Below, piece by piece: positions 20,623 to 31,346 of a DNA stretch of 64,000 nt (position 1 is the stretch's first letter; the number at the start of each line of letters is the position of its first letter). Both the position numbers and the translations under genes were made by a program. The notes below the pieces were generated by a model. That model made no database searches. It had not been told where the DNA came from and worked only from the letters and a program-made list of their open reading frames with translations. This DNA is from an uncultured delta proteobacterium (lineage in GTDB: Bacteria; Desulfobacterota; Desulfomonilia; UBA1062): the NCBI GenBank assembly GCA_963785235.1, contig CAWAUM010000001.1, forward strand, positions 64,001-128,000, given 5' to 3'.

Positions 20623-22245
20623 ATGATGGATTTCCCGCTTCTTCTGAGGACGTTTCTGTTAAGGTCTGCAAAATACTTTCCCAAAAAAGAGATCGTCTCC
20701 GTGTTTCCCGAGTTTGTCCACCGGTACACCTATGCAGACTACTACAAGAGGGTATGCCAGCTCGCCCATGCACTGAAATCTCTGGGTATCAAGCGCGGCG
20801 ACAGGGTGGCGAGCATTGCACTCAACGACCACCGGCACCTGGAGCTCTACTTCGGTGTCCCGTGCTCCGGGGCGGTCCTTCACACGGTTAACTTCAGGCT
20901 GCCCATGAATCATCTCGTGTACATCATCAATCATGCAGAAGACCAGGTCATCTTCGTGGATGAGGACCTGCTCCTGTTCGTGGAGATGATCAAAGACCAG
21001 CTCAAGAGCGTCAAGCACATCGTGGTGCTTTCCCACACTGGAAAGAAGCCGGTATCGGGCATAGAGAACCTCATCATGTACGACGACCTCATCGCCCAGT
21101 TCCCCGAGGAATACGATTTCCCCATCGACCTGTCCGAGTGGGACCCGGCCATGATCTGCTATACCTCGGCCACCACAGGCGACCCCAAGGGGGTTGTGTA
21201 TTCCCACCGGGCCATCATCCTCCACACCTATGCCGTGGCCGTCACCTTCGGCGCAAGCGAGGCGGACTGCACCCTGCACATCGTGCCCATGTTCCATGCC
21301 AATGCCTGGTGCGGGCCGTTCGCCGCTGTGGGGGCCGGATGCAAGCAGGTGCTTCCGGGCCGCGAGGTGATCAACATGGAGAAGCTCTGCAAGACCATTG
21401 CCGAGGAAAAGGTTACCTTCACTGCCGGCGTCCCCACCATCTGGATGCTCCTGTATGACTACCTTGAAAAAGGCGGATGGCATGACTTCTCCACGCTGAA
21501 GACCATAGCGAGCGGCGGGGCAGCCATCCCCAGGCAGCTCATGATCGACCTCAACGAGAAGTACGGCTTCCCCATCAAGCAGGCCTACGGCGCCACCGAG
21601 ACCACACCGCTTGCCACCGCTGCAATCCCAAAGAGCTACATGGCAGATTGGCCTTCAGAGAAGCTCTATGACGTCAAGACGAGCATCGGCATCATCGCCT
21701 TGGGCCTGGAGATGAAGATTGTGGACGATTCCGGTGCCGAGGTCAAGATGGACGGCAAGGAGTGGGGAGAGATATGCCTGAGGGGCCCCTGGATCGCCAA
21801 CGAATACTACAAGGATCCGGAGCGTTCCAAGGAGACCTTCCGCAACGGATGGTACCATACCGGCGATATCGGCACCATCGACGAAGAGGGTTATGTCAGG
21901 CTCGTGGACCGGAAGAAGGACCTGGTCAAGAGCGCGGGCGAATGGATCTCCTCGGTGGACCTGGAGAACCTGATCATGTCGCACCCCAAGATCATGGAGG
22001 CGGCCATTATCGGCGTACCGCACCCCAAATGGCAGGAGAGGCCGCTGGCCTGTGTCGTTGTCACGCCGGGACAGAGCATGACCGCAGACGATCTCAAGGA
22101 TTTTCTCAAGGACAAGGTAAAGGCCGCCTTCTGGATACCCGACGAGATCATCTTCTTGAAAGATATCCCCAAGACCAGCGTGGGTAAATTCAACAAACGC
22201 GAGCTTCGCAAGCTCCATGCAGATGGTCAGCTGATATCGCTGTAA
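20623..22245 (+). CDS. Fatty-acid--CoA ligase (AlkK/DmdB-like)
   Basis: YTSATTGDPKGV, AYGATET, GWYHTGD, DRKKDLVKSAGEWISS, PKTSVGK. Confidence 0.92.
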   Translation: MMDFPLLLRTFLLRSAKYFPKKEIVSVFPEFVHRYTYADYYKRVCQLAHALKSLGIKRGDRVASIALNDHRHLELYFGVPCSGAVLHTVNFRLPMNHLVYIINHAEDQVIFVDEDLLLFVEMIKDQLKSVKHIVVLSHTGKKPVSGIENLIMYDDLIAQFPEEYDFPIDLSEWDPAMICYTSATTGDPKGVVYSHRAIILHTYAVAVTFGASEADCTLHIVPMFHANAWCGPFAAVGAGCKQVLPGREVINMEKLCKTIAEEKVTFTAGVPTIWMLLYDYLEKGGWHDFSTLKTIASGGAAIPRQLMIDLNEKYGFPIKQAYGATETTPLATAAIPKSYMADWPSEKLYDVKTSIGIIALGLEMKIVDDSGAEVKMDGKEWGEICLRGPWIANEYYKDPERSKETFRNGWYHTGDIGTIDEEGYVRLVDRKKDLVKSAGEWISSVDLENLIMSHPKIMEAAIIGVPHPKWQERPLACVVVTPGQSMTADDLKDFLKDKVKAAFWIPDEIIFLKDIPKTSVGKFNKRELRKLHADGQLISL

Positions 22246-22270
22246 ATTGAACGTGTAAAGGGAGGATGCC

Positions 22271-23422
22271 ATGTCATTGCTTGATAAGTACTATACCGGA
22301 GAACACCAGATCTTCCGCGAATCCGTGAGGCGGTATTTCGAAAAAGAGGTCACCCCGAACGTAGATAAATGGGAGAAAGACGGGATCGTCCCCAAGGAGG
22401 CCTGGAAGAAATTCGCAGCACAGGGATTCCTCTGTCCATGGCTGAGTGAGGAATACGGCGGCTCAGGGGCCGACTTCCTCTATTCCTTCATTATTGCCGA
22501 AGAGATGGCACGCACACACTGTGGAGGCTTCCTGGTCCACCTCCACTCGGACATCATCGTGCCCTACATCTTCACCTACGGTAACGATGAACAGAAGAAG
22601 AAATGGCTGCCCGGCTGCGTCACGGGTGACATTATCACGGCGGTTGCCATGACCGAGCCGGGAACGGGCTCCGACCTGGCAGCCATACGCACTACAGCGG
22701 TTAAAGACGGCGATTCCTACATCATCAACGGACAGAAGACCTTTATCAGTAACGGCATCAACTGCGACCTGGTCATCGTGGCCGCCCGGACCAACCTGAA
22801 TGCCGCCAGCCCCTACGAGGGCATGTCGCTCATCGTGGTGGAGGCAGGTACGCCCGGGTTTGAAAAGGGCAGGCAGCTCGAAAAGATCGGGATGCATTCT
22901 CAGGACACCTCCGAGATGGCCTTTGTGGATTGCCGTGTCCCGGCATCGAACCTTCTTGGTCCTGAGGGTCAGGGATTCTACTTTCTCATGGACAAGCTCC
23001 AGCAGGAGCGCCTCGTATGCGCCATGGGCTCCCAGGTGGCGGCCGAGGAGGCCCTGCGTCTGACCATCGAATACACCAAGACGCGTGAGGCCTTCGGCAG
23101 GCCCATCAGCCGCTTCCAGTACATCTCCTTCGAGCTCGCCAAGATGGCGACCGAGGTGGAAGTGGGTCGCGCCTTTGTAGAGAGCCTGCTCATCGATCAT
23201 ATTGAAGGCAGGAAAGATATCAAGAAGGCATCCATGGCCAAGTACTGGGTCTGCGAGATGCTCAACCGGGTGGTGGCACAATGCGTCCAGTTCCACGGCG
23301 GCTACGGGTACATGGAAGAATACCCCATTGCCCGTATGTTCCGTGATGCAAGGGTCCAGACCATCTATGCTGGCACATCCGAGATCATGCTGCTCATCAT
23401 TTCAAGGCAGCTTGGACTATAA
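22271..23422 (+). CDS. Long-chain acyl-CoA dehydrogenase
   Basis: AMTEPGTGSDL, NGQKTFISNG, LQQERL, HGGYGYMEEY, IYAGTSEI. Confidence 0.93.
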   Translation: MSLLDKYYTGEHQIFRESVRRYFEKEVTPNVDKWEKDGIVPKEAWKKFAAQGFLCPWLSEEYGGSGADFLYSFIIAEEMARTHCGGFLVHLHSDIIVPYIFTYGNDEQKKKWLPGCVTGDIITAVAMTEPGTGSDLAAIRTTAVKDGDSYIINGQKTFISNGINCDLVIVAARTNLNAASPYEGMSLIVVEAGTPGFEKGRQLEKIGMHSQDTSEMAFVDCRVPASNLLGPEGQGFYFLMDKLQQERLVCAMGSQVAAEEALRLTIEYTKTREAFGRPISRFQYISFELAKMATEVEVGRAFVESLLIDHIEGRKDIKKASMAKYWVCEMLNRVVAQCVQFHGGYGYMEEYPIARMFRDARVQTIYAGTSEIMLLIISRQLGL

Positions 23423-23453
23423 AACAACAAGATTATGAGATTGTGGAGGGAGT

Positions 23454-24777
23454 ATGGCAAAAAAAACAGATAAGTCAGCGCGCAGGGTCGTGGTCATCGA
23501 CGGGTGCCGGGTTCCCGTTCCAGCGCTCCGGTACCGGTTTTTACGACCTCATGGCCTGGCAGCTCGGTAGTTTTGCAGTGAAGGGCCTCCTGGCCAGGAC
23601 AGGCGTTTCTCCCCAGGACATCGATCATGTCCTGATGGGGTGCGTGGCCACCGACATCGCCACGACGAACGTGGCGCGCGAGGTGGCGCTCGGCGCGGGT
23701 CTGCCCATCAATGTGCCTGCGCATACCTGCACAATTGCCTGCGTGTCGGCCAATATGGCCTTCACCAACGGGGCCAATCTCATCGAGACGGGCAATGCAG
23801 ATATCGTGATCGCAGGGGGCGTGGAGAGCTGTTCGGATGCCGACATAAAGGTATCCAAGAAGTTCCGCAGGTTCATCCTCGATATGACCATGTACCATAA
23901 ACCCAAAGGGTTTGCCGGTGTTCTTAAGCACCTGAAGAACATGAGACCCGCTGGACTTCCTGCTTCCTGAAAAGCCTGCCGTGGCCGAGTATGCAACAGG
24001 CCTGCTCATGGGGCAGACCGCGGAGATACTTGCCAAGCGTCTGGGCATTTCACGCCGGGAACAGGATGAGTATGCCGTGCTCTCGCACCAGCGGGCCGCC
24101 AAGGCACAGGAGGACGGTATCTTCAAGCAGGAGATCGTGCCGGTGGTGGTGCCCTGGTAAGGACAAGGCCATCGTGAGCGACAACGGCCCAAGGAAGGAT
24201 ACGGCCCTGGACAAGCTCGGCAAGCTCAAGGGTGCCTTTGACAAGAAATATGGCTCCGTAACGGCTGCGAATTCGTCATTCTTAACCGATGGCGGTGCCG
24301 CGGTTCTCCTCATGAGCGAGCAGAAGGCAAAAGAACTCGGTTTGAAGCCCAAGGCTTATCTGAAGTCATATGCCTATACCGGGCAGGACCTGGTGGAAGA
24401 GCTCCTGCTGGGCCCTGCATTTGCCATCCCGGCTGCCACTGAAAAAGGCCGGACTCAAGCTCAAAGATATCGGCGTATTCGAGATCCATGAGGCCTTTGC
24501 CTCCCAGATGATCGGCAATGTGCGATCATTGGCCTCCAGGCAGTTTGCCCAGGAAAGGCTCGGGTTGGACAAGGCCGTGGGCGAGATCGACTATGACAAA
24601 CTGAACAGATACGGCGGGTCGCTCTCCCTGGGTCATCCCTTCGGGGCCACGGGCGGCAGGCTCATCACTACCTGCTGCAACCGGATGATGGACGAGGGCT
24701 CTCAGTTCGGGGTCGTGGCCGGGTGCGGTGCCGGGGCGCAGGGAAATGCCATTATCTTTGAAGCGGCAAATGCATGA
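23454..24777 (+). CDS. fadI: 3-ketoacyl-CoA thiolase (FadI-like), split by four +1 frameshifts
   Basis: [15 protein letters not shown] start, ACVSA nucleophile, [32 protein letters not shown]. Confidence 0.82.
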
Positions 24778-24797
24778 AGTGAAGGAGGTTTGACACC

Positions 24798-26987
24798 ATG
24801 AAAAACTTAACGGTAGAGAAGAACGAAAAAGGGGTTATGACAGTCACCATCGACTGCCCGGACTCCAAGGTGAATAAGGTCAGTAGCGGCCTGCTCGCAG
24901 AAATTTCCGGCCTGCTTGACAGCATGGAAAAAGACGTTACCGTCAAAGGGCTCGTCATATTAAGCGGCAAGGATGACAACTTCGTGGTTGGCGCGGACGT
25001 GGATGAGCTCGATGCCATGAAGTCCAAGGATGAGGTGGTCACCTACATCACCAAGGCCCATAACGTCCTGGCGAGGATCGAATCGCTGCCGTACCCAGTG
25101 GTATGCGGCATCCACGGCAACTGTCTCGGCGGAGGCCTGGAGCTTGCGCTGGTGGCGGATTACCGGATTGCCTCCGATTCCCCCAAGACATCGCTCGGCC
25201 TGCCCGAGGTCCAGCTCGGCCTCATCCCGGCTGCAGGCGGTACCCAGCGGCTCCCAAGGCTCATCGGCCTGTCCAATGCATTGCCCCTTATGCTCACAGG
25301 CAGAAACCTCAGGGCAAAGAAGGCCCTCAAAATGGGCCTTGTGGATGAGGTGGTGATGCAGCAGGGCATGAGGGATGTGGTTATCAGAAAGGCAGGTGAT
25401 CTGGCGGATAAAGGGGTCAAGGCCCCTGCAAGGAATAACAAGAAGAAGGGCCTGCAGCAGAAGGTCCTCGATGCGACGCTCAACCGGTTTCTCAACGAGA
25501 CGCCCATGGGACGCAAGGTCGTCTTCTCCCAGGCCAGGAAGCAGGTACACAAGCAGACCCTGGGATTGTACCCGGCTGCGCTTGCCATCATCTCCTCGGT
25601 GGAGTTCGGGCTTCAGCATGGCCTCAACAAGGGGCTCGCCAACGATATCAGGGTCTTTGGCGAGCTGGTCATGGACGGCAAGTCCAAGGCCCTTCGCAGC
25701 CTCTTTGACGGCATGACCGCGCTCAAGAAGAACCCGTACAAGGACAAGGCCCTGCCGGTCAAGAAGCTGGCGGTCCTTGGGGCAGGGCTTATGGGGCACG
25801 GTATTGCATCGGTCTCCACAGGTCTGTGTGAAACCATACTGATAAAAGACGTCTCCCTTGACGCGGCGGCAAAGGGTATGAAGGAGATATACAAGGGGCT
25901 CGACAAGAGGGCGAGGTCCGGGTCCATCACCAGGTTCGAACGCGATGTCCAGTATGGCAAGCTGCTGGCATGCGATGATTACAGCCGGTTCGCGCACACC
26001 GACATGGTGATCGAGGCCGTGTTCGAAGATATCGACCTCAAACACAAGATCTTAGCCGAGGTAGAGGCGGCCACCGACGAGAAGACCATCTTTGCCTCCA
26101 ATACATCAGCGCTGCCCATCACCCTTATTGCACAAAAGAGCAAGAGGCCCGCCAACATCATCGGCATGCACTATTTCTCACCGGTGCCCAAGATGCCTCT
26201 CCTTGAGATCATCACCACGGACAAGACCGCTGACTGGGTCAGGGCAACGGCCCTGGAGTTCGGCATCGCCCAGGGAAAGACCTGCATCGTGGTGAAGGAC
26301 TGCCCGGGATTTTATACCACCCGCATCCTCATCCCCATGCTCAACGAAGCCATGAAACTCATCGAAGAAGGTGCCGAGATCAAGGCAATAGACACGGCCA
26401 TGAAACAGTTCGGCTATCCGGTGGGGCCCATCACCTTAGTGGATGAGCTGGGCATAGACGTGGCGGCCCACGTCGCCAAGGGGGAGGTGAAAAAGCTCTT
26501 CGATGCACGGGGTCTGAAGGCCTCTGAGGGATATACCAAGCTCTTCGAGAGGGGATACAAGGGCAGGAAGAACAAAAAGGGCTTTTATGTCTATGACGAG
26601 CCCAAGAAGAAGGGCCTCATGGGCCTGGTGAAAAAGAAGGGCGGGAGGCCGGTGAATACCGAGGTCTACGAGATCCTGGGCGGAGCCAGGAAGAACTTTG
26701 CAGCCGAAGAAATTCAGGACCGCCTGGCCATGGCCATGATCAATGAAGCTGCGCTGTGCCTCCAGGAGGGAATCCTCTCCTGTGCACGGGATGGTGATAT
26801 CGGCGCCGTGTTCGGCCTGGGCTTCCCGCCGTTCACGGGCGGTCCTTTCAGGTACATCGATGCCGTGGGCGCCAAGACAATAGTGGAAAAGATGAAACGC
26901 CTGGAGCAGAGTTATGGAGCGCTCTATAAGCCGGCTGATATCCTGGTGGAAATGGCTGCAAAGAACAAAAAGTTCCATGCATCCTGA
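24798..26987 (+). CDS. fadJ: Fatty-acid oxidation complex alpha subunit (enoyl-CoA hydratase/3-hydroxyacyl-CoA dehydrogenase)
   Basis: GNCLGGGLEL, GLPEVQLG, GAGLMG, ASNTSALP, GMHYFSPV, GLGFPPFTGGPF. Confidence 0.92.
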   Translation: MKNLTVEKNEKGVMTVTIDCPDSKVNKVSSGLLAEISGLLDSMEKDVTVKGLVILSGKDDNFVVGADVDELDAMKSKDEVVTYITKAHNVLARIESLPYPVVCGIHGNCLGGGLELALVADYRIASDSPKTSLGLPEVQLGLIPAAGGTQRLPRLIGLSNALPLMLTGRNLRAKKALKMGLVDEVVMQQGMRDVVIRKAGDLADKGVKAPARNNKKKGLQQKVLDATLNRFLNETPMGRKVVFSQARKQVHKQTLGLYPAALAIISSVEFGLQHGLNKGLANDIRVFGELVMDGKSKALRSLFDGMTALKKNPYKDKALPVKKLAVLGAGLMGHGIASVSTGLCETILIKDVSLDAAAKGMKEIYKGLDKRARSGSITRFERDVQYGKLLACDDYSRFAHTDMVIEAVFEDIDLKHKILAEVEAATDEKTIFASNTSALPITLIAQKSKRPANIIGMHYFSPVPKMPLLEIITTDKTADWVRATALEFGIAQGKTCIVVKDCPGFYTTRILIPMLNEAMKLIEEGAEIKAIDTAMKQFGYPVGPITLVDELGIDVAAHVAKGEVKKLFDARGLKASEGYTKLFERGYKGRKNKKGFYVYDEPKKKGLMGLVKKKGGRPVNTEVYEILGGARKNFAAEEIQDRLAMAMINEAALCLQEGILSCARDGDIGAVFGLGFPPFTGGPFRYIDAVGAKTIVEKMKRLEQSYGALYKPADILVEMAAKNKKFHAS

Positions 26988-27023
26988 TGTAAGTTATATA
27001 AGCTAATTGAAAAAGTCCTAGAT

Positions 27024-27094
27024 TGTCATTCCCGCGAAGGCAGGAATCCAGTCTTTTCAAGAACTTCTGGACCCCCGCTCAAGCGGGGGTGATA
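27024..27094 (+). repeat. REP/dRS3-like palindrome doublet
   Basis: tgtcattcccgcgaaggcaggaatccag...ctggacccccgctcaagcgggggtga; reverse complement of 12351-12421 with few mismatches. Confidence 0.85.
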
Positions 27095-27122
27095 CCTTCT
27101 TGGAGTTTTTTACAATTTATTA

Positions 27123-27338
27123 AACCCGGATTTTGAGTTGAAGAGCCGTAAAAGCCTGATCCGTTCAAAACCTGCATCTTGCAGCCATGAAGGACCGATA
27201 GATTCAGCATTCTTCAAAGGCTGCAAGATGCAGGTTTTGAACGGACCTAGTTTTTAAAAACCAAAACCATGGTCACTATGCGTTTCATGTGTAAAGCCAA
27301 CCAATGCTTATGCAGCGTTCAATCGCAAAATCCGGGTT
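27123..27338 (+). mobile_element. Full-length MITE-like element copy B with terminal inverted repeats (spacer orientation 2)
   Basis: TIRs aacccggattttg / caaaatccgggtt; internal perfect 27-bp arms 27160-27186 and 27219-27245. Confidence 0.8.
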
Positions 27339-27349
27339 ACATTTGAACC

Positions 27350-27385
27350 GGGCCGCCATGACGGGCAAGACAGTCATGGCGGCCC
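27350..27385. terminator. Hairpin between convergent fadJ and the GntR regulator
   Basis: gggccgccatgac / gtcatggcggccc perfect 13-bp stem. Confidence 0.6.
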
Positions 27386-27404
27386 TTGAAACAGGAGGGT
27401 TGAT

Positions 27405-28148
27405 TCAGGTGACCGATAATGCCTTTTTCAATGATCGTTTCAGATAATCGATATGTTCCACAGTAGCCTGGCGTGCTGCATCACCGTCGCGCCTTTCAAT
27501 GGCCTGGTAGAGCGCATAGAGCTGCCTGACAATGGTGCGCGAGCTTCCCTCGATGGTTGAAAGCTTTTTCCTGCTGTAGGGCAAAGCGCCTATAAGCAGT
27601 GAATTCATTGACTTGCGGATATGCAGAAAGATTGAATTCTTCGTCGATTCCAAAAGGGCGGTGAAAAAATCGATATAGAGCTTGCCGCCTAAAACCACAT
27701 TGTGGAGCACCGCGTCCTCTCCTACCTCTACGGCGCGCTCGTATATCTTCTTGAGCCGTGCAAGGTCTTTGGCCGATGCGTTGAGGCAGGCAAGGCGGGC
27801 CGCCTCGGAATCCAGTATCCGGCGGACGCACAACAGCTCCCAGATCTTCTCCTGGTCCACAAGCAACAGGTCTTCGAGAGACGTCCTTCCGGCATCTGCA
27901 GAGGATCTGACATACTTGCCTTTCCGATGCCGGGACTCCACGTATCCTTTGGCTTCAAGAAGCTTCATGGCCTCCCGCAGCGAGATCCTGCTGATGCGGA
28001 AGCGCTCGGTCATTTCGTGTTCGGATGGGAGTCTGTCGCCCGGTTTGAGCTTGCCCCGGCTGATGAGGTCGATAATCTGGTCAGCCACCAGCGTAGGTAT
28101 AGCCGGCGACTTCCGGATTGGCGAGATGAATCTTCCTTTTGTCTCCAT
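27405..28148 (-). CDS. GntR/FadR-family transcriptional regulator (wHTH + FCD)
   Basis: LKPGDRLPSE, SRISLREAMK.LE, G.YV, RRILD, KNSIF. Confidence 0.9.
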   Translation of the reverse strand: METKGRFISPIRKSPAIPTLVADQIIDLISRGKLKPGDRLPSEHEMTERFRISRISLREAMKLLEAKGYVESRHRKGKYVRSSADAGRTSLEDLLLVDQEKIWELLCVRRILDSEAARLACLNASAKDLARLKKIYERAVEVGEDAVLHNVVLGGKLYIDFFTALLESTKNSIFLHIRKSMNSLLIGALPYSRKKLSTIEGSSRTIVRQLYALYQAIERRDGDAARQATVEHIDYLKRSLKKALSVT

Positions 28149-28500
28149 CGCTATTCCAATAGTAAGTTGACTTATGGTCTTACTATTATACAAGTCATAT
28201 TAACAATCAAGATTATTCGGCATGTCTTGAAAATTATAATACATCCGGCGCCAGCACTCTTTTAAGAGAAGAGATCATGATGGGGGTTTGACACATCATA
28301 GCCGTCATGTGAAAGTGTAACGGCTGTGCTACGAAAAACGTTTATACTGCAGAGGTATTGTTTTGAAAATAAAAGAGTTAAAGTAATCCACCCCGAGATG
28401 TGAAACGAGCTACGTAAGAATGACACGTATACAGAAAAATTTGCCCCAATCAAAGTAACTTGTTCTGCAGGAATAACCCTTATAGCCGACAGCTATATCC

Positions 28501-29955
28501 CTACTTTGACTTCTTATCCTTGGTATCGAGTGCCGATTTCAGCTTATCTCCCAGCGAGCCGAAAGATTTGCCGGTTTCCGAGGCAAAACCCTTCCAGTCG
28601 CCTCCTGCATGGGCGTCTCCCGGGGCCAGCGTGATCTTGCGGTTGGTGATGTCCATCTCCTCGACGCACACCGTGATCTTGTCACCTTCGCGCTTCTTCT
28701 CGATCTCGTGGGCATCGTAGGAGGCAGAGATCTTGGATTTGGGCATGAGGCCCGTAACGCCGGGCTCCAGGTTGACGAAAAAGCCGTACTTCTCTTTGCG
28801 CTCCAGAGTACCTTCCACCACCTGGCCGATCTTAAAGCGCTCGCCCAGAGCGATCCAAGGGTCGCCCTCGGCCTCTTTCATGGAAAGCGAGATCCTCTTG
28901 GATTCAGGCGAAATGTCCTTGATCATCACATCCACTTCGTCACCCACCGAGACCATGTCCTGGGGCTTTTTCACGCGCTTCTTGTAGCTCATCTCGCTGA
29001 TGTGCACGAGCCCCTCGATACCCGGTGCTATCTCAACGAACACACCAAAGTCCGCGATTCGCGTTACCTTTGCGCGGAGTCTTTCCCCGGGCTTGAAATG
29101 GTTCAGCACGCTGACCCAGGGGTCGTCCCCTACCTGTTTCATGGACAGCGATATCCTCTTGCGGCTGGACTTGGGGTCCTGCTCGATGCTGAGCACCTTG
29201 ACCGTGATCTTCTCGCCTATGTGCAGGATGTCTTCAGGCGAGAGTATCCTTGACCAGCTCATCTCGGATACGTGAATCATGCCCTCAATGCCCTCAGAGA
29301 GTTCCACGAGTGCGCCATAGGGCATGAGCCTGTTCACCTTGCCCTCAAGCACGGCACCTACTTCCATGCGGTCGAAGAAGGCCTCTTTTATCCTGGTTTG
29401 TTCCTGCTCCAGCAAGGTCTTTCTGGAAAGGATAATATTGTCTCCGTCTTCCTCCAGCTCGGTGATGAGGAAGAGGTATGTCTTGCCTATATGGACGGCA
29501 GTGTCTTCGACGCGGAACAGGTCCATCTGGCTGAAGGGACAGAAGGCCTTGCGTTTTACCACCTCAACCCGGTAGCCGCCCTTGACCTGCTCCAACACCT
29601 TCCCTTCGATGGGCACTGCCTTTTCGTGGGCATCTTGCAGGATGGTCAGGCCGCCGATTCCGGAGATGGCCTTGCTCAGCTTGATCTCGCCGCCGCGCCG
29701 GGACATGACAAAGGCATCAATGGTGTCGCCGACCTCATAAGGCAGGTTTCCTTCCTCGTCAGCAAACTCTGAGCGATCGATGACGCCGTCCATCTTGTAT
29801 CCGGTGTCCACGAAAATATGCTCTCTTCCAATAGAAATGATCTTGCCTTTGATCCTGTCTCCCACCTGGATGGTGTCGCGTTGTTCCGAGCCGTAGGAAT
29901 CGAGGAGCTCTGCCATGGTCTTGGTGGAGTCGTCCGAATTGTTTTCCTGTGTCAT
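28501..29955 (-). CDS. rpsA: 30S ribosomal protein S1-like protein (about five S1 domains)
   Basis: Repeated G.FVE...GIEG.(I/V)H(V/I)SEMS, RISLSMK and DPW motifs; C-terminal FGSLGDKL. Confidence 0.85.
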   Translation of the reverse strand: MTQENNSDDSTKTMAELLDSYGSEQRDTIQVGDRIKGKIISIGREHIFVDTGYKMDGVIDRSEFADEEGNLPYEVGDTIDAFVMSRRGGEIKLSKAISGIGGLTILQDAHEKAVPIEGKVLEQVKGGYRVEVVKRKAFCPFSQMDLFRVEDTAVHIGKTYLFLITELEEDGDNIILSRKTLLEQEQTRIKEAFFDRMEVGAVLEGKVNRLMPYGALVELSEGIEGMIHVSEMSWSRILSPEDILHIGEKITVKVLSIEQDPKSSRKRISLSMKQVGDDPWVSVLNHFKPGERLRAKVTRIADFGVFVEIAPGIEGLVHISEMSYKKRVKKPQDMVSVGDEVDVMIKDISPESKRISLSMKEAEGDPWIALGERFKIGQVVEGTLERKEKYGFFVNLEPGVTGLMPKSKISASYDAHEIEKKREGDKITVCVEEMDITNRKITLAPGDAHAGGDWKGFASETGKSFGSLGDKLKSALDTKDKKSK

Positions 29956-30139
29956 GTGCGACCTCAATAAATAGATTAAAGGTATATCGGGTAGATGGAT
30001 GCTATAATTGAAATCTCATTGAGAGTAAATCTTAAAGTGCATGGGGGGGGCGAATCAAGGCGGATTTTGCGGTTTAAAATATCGACGTAAAAAACTATCG
30101 CAGTGGAAGGCCATATTCATCAAGACTGATGGAGGATCC

Positions 30140-30320
30140 ATCGGATTTTGCTTTAGGACTTAGCTGATCCGTTAAAATCTCATCTTGCAGCCCTTAAGGA
30201 CCGGGAAAATTAGCATTCTCCTAAGGCTGCAAGATGACTGTAGATTTTAACATAGATCCGAGTCTTATGCTTCTACATAAAACGCAATGATCCGTGATTC
30301 GGACCTATGTAAAAAATTCC
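30140..30320 (+). repeat. Degenerate MITE-like repeat copy C (spacer orientation 2)
   Basis: cggattttg...ctgatccgttaaaatctcatcttgcagcc [cttaaggaccgggaaaattagcattctcctaa] ggctgcaagatga...cggacctatgtaaaaaa. Confidence 0.78.
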
Positions 30321-30331
30321 ATTTAAGGGTG

Positions 30332-31241
30332 TCAGGTAATAACAAGCCACCGGTATTCGCGCACATGGTCAAGGAACTCTAGGATGATCTCCTGTTTTTC
30401 CGTTGAACAGGCGTGGCTGGTAAAGATAAACCTCAATGCAGTAGCATCTTTAATCCCCAGGAGATCCAGCAGCGGCCCGGTGGAGATGGTCCTGCCGAAG
30501 GCGCGGGCCACCTTGATAAGATGCGAGAACCTTATGGTATACTCACTGTGGGCATAGAGCGGGATCTCCCTGGGGAAGGAATCAAGAGCCAATCCTTCGG
30601 TCAGGTAGGGCATAGTGCCAGGGATGATTGGGTCGCAGGAATGCTCGCTGATGAATGCCGGTACCTCCGAGCCTGCAGATGGTTTCCAAGAGCCGCAGCG
30701 CCCCGATATTAAAATTGAATGGCCCCTGAAGGGGAATTTCAAGCCCATAGTTTGTAATGAGCTGTGACACATCTTCGGGGAGATTATAAGGATCGAGGTC
30801 GGTAGCTGTATCGAGATCGCCGATGACCTCGTTTATAAGGATAAGGTCCAGGCGGCCTTTGGCCCCCTTGAGGTCGTGGATATCGGCCTTGATGAAGGAG
30901 ACCTTGTCAGGAAACTCTTCAAGCCTTTCACGCTGTTTTTTCAGCAGCATCGTGGATAAATCCATCATGAAGGCCTTTTGTATAAGCCGTCCATGCGGGG
31001 AGGTCAGCAGGCTGTGCATGAGGCTGCCGTAACCACCACCCATCTCAAGGACAACCGAATAGGGCTCAAGCAGGCCCATGTTTACCAGGAAATCACCCAG
31101 AAGCTCTCCATATGCCTTTTCCAGGTTAAAGGCCTTTATGTATGGGCTTTTACGTGAGCCCAGAGATTCGCAGATGGTGAACTCCTTGAGAAGATCGATT
31201 GGATTAGCCCTATGAAAGCCACGGGTGCTGTTTATGCCCAT
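30332..31241 (-). CDS. Class I SAM-dependent methyltransferase, frameshifted near 30670
   Basis: VLEMGGGYG, MMDLS, KADI and NEVIGD in ORF 30582-31241; continues as AFISEHSCD in ORF 30332-30772. Confidence 0.7.
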
Positions 31242-31346
31242 GGCATCAGGTTAATACAGGATTTGTGTAGGAGTTTACAAGGGTAAATCCATTGATGAGC
31301 TTGGATTTCTGTGTTATGTCCCCTGCCAGGAAAAGGAGGGACATCA

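Noticed and set aside
23454-24777. Programmed frameshifting or true pseudogenisation of the thiolase
   Set aside because: Four similar +1 C indels, intact catalytic motifs and the same pattern in many other genes favour sequencing error
16635-26045. Long antisense ORFs (e.g. 16635-17726, 20659-21483, 22463-23296, 24960-26045)
   Set aside because: Shadow ORFs opposite well-supported GC-rich genes
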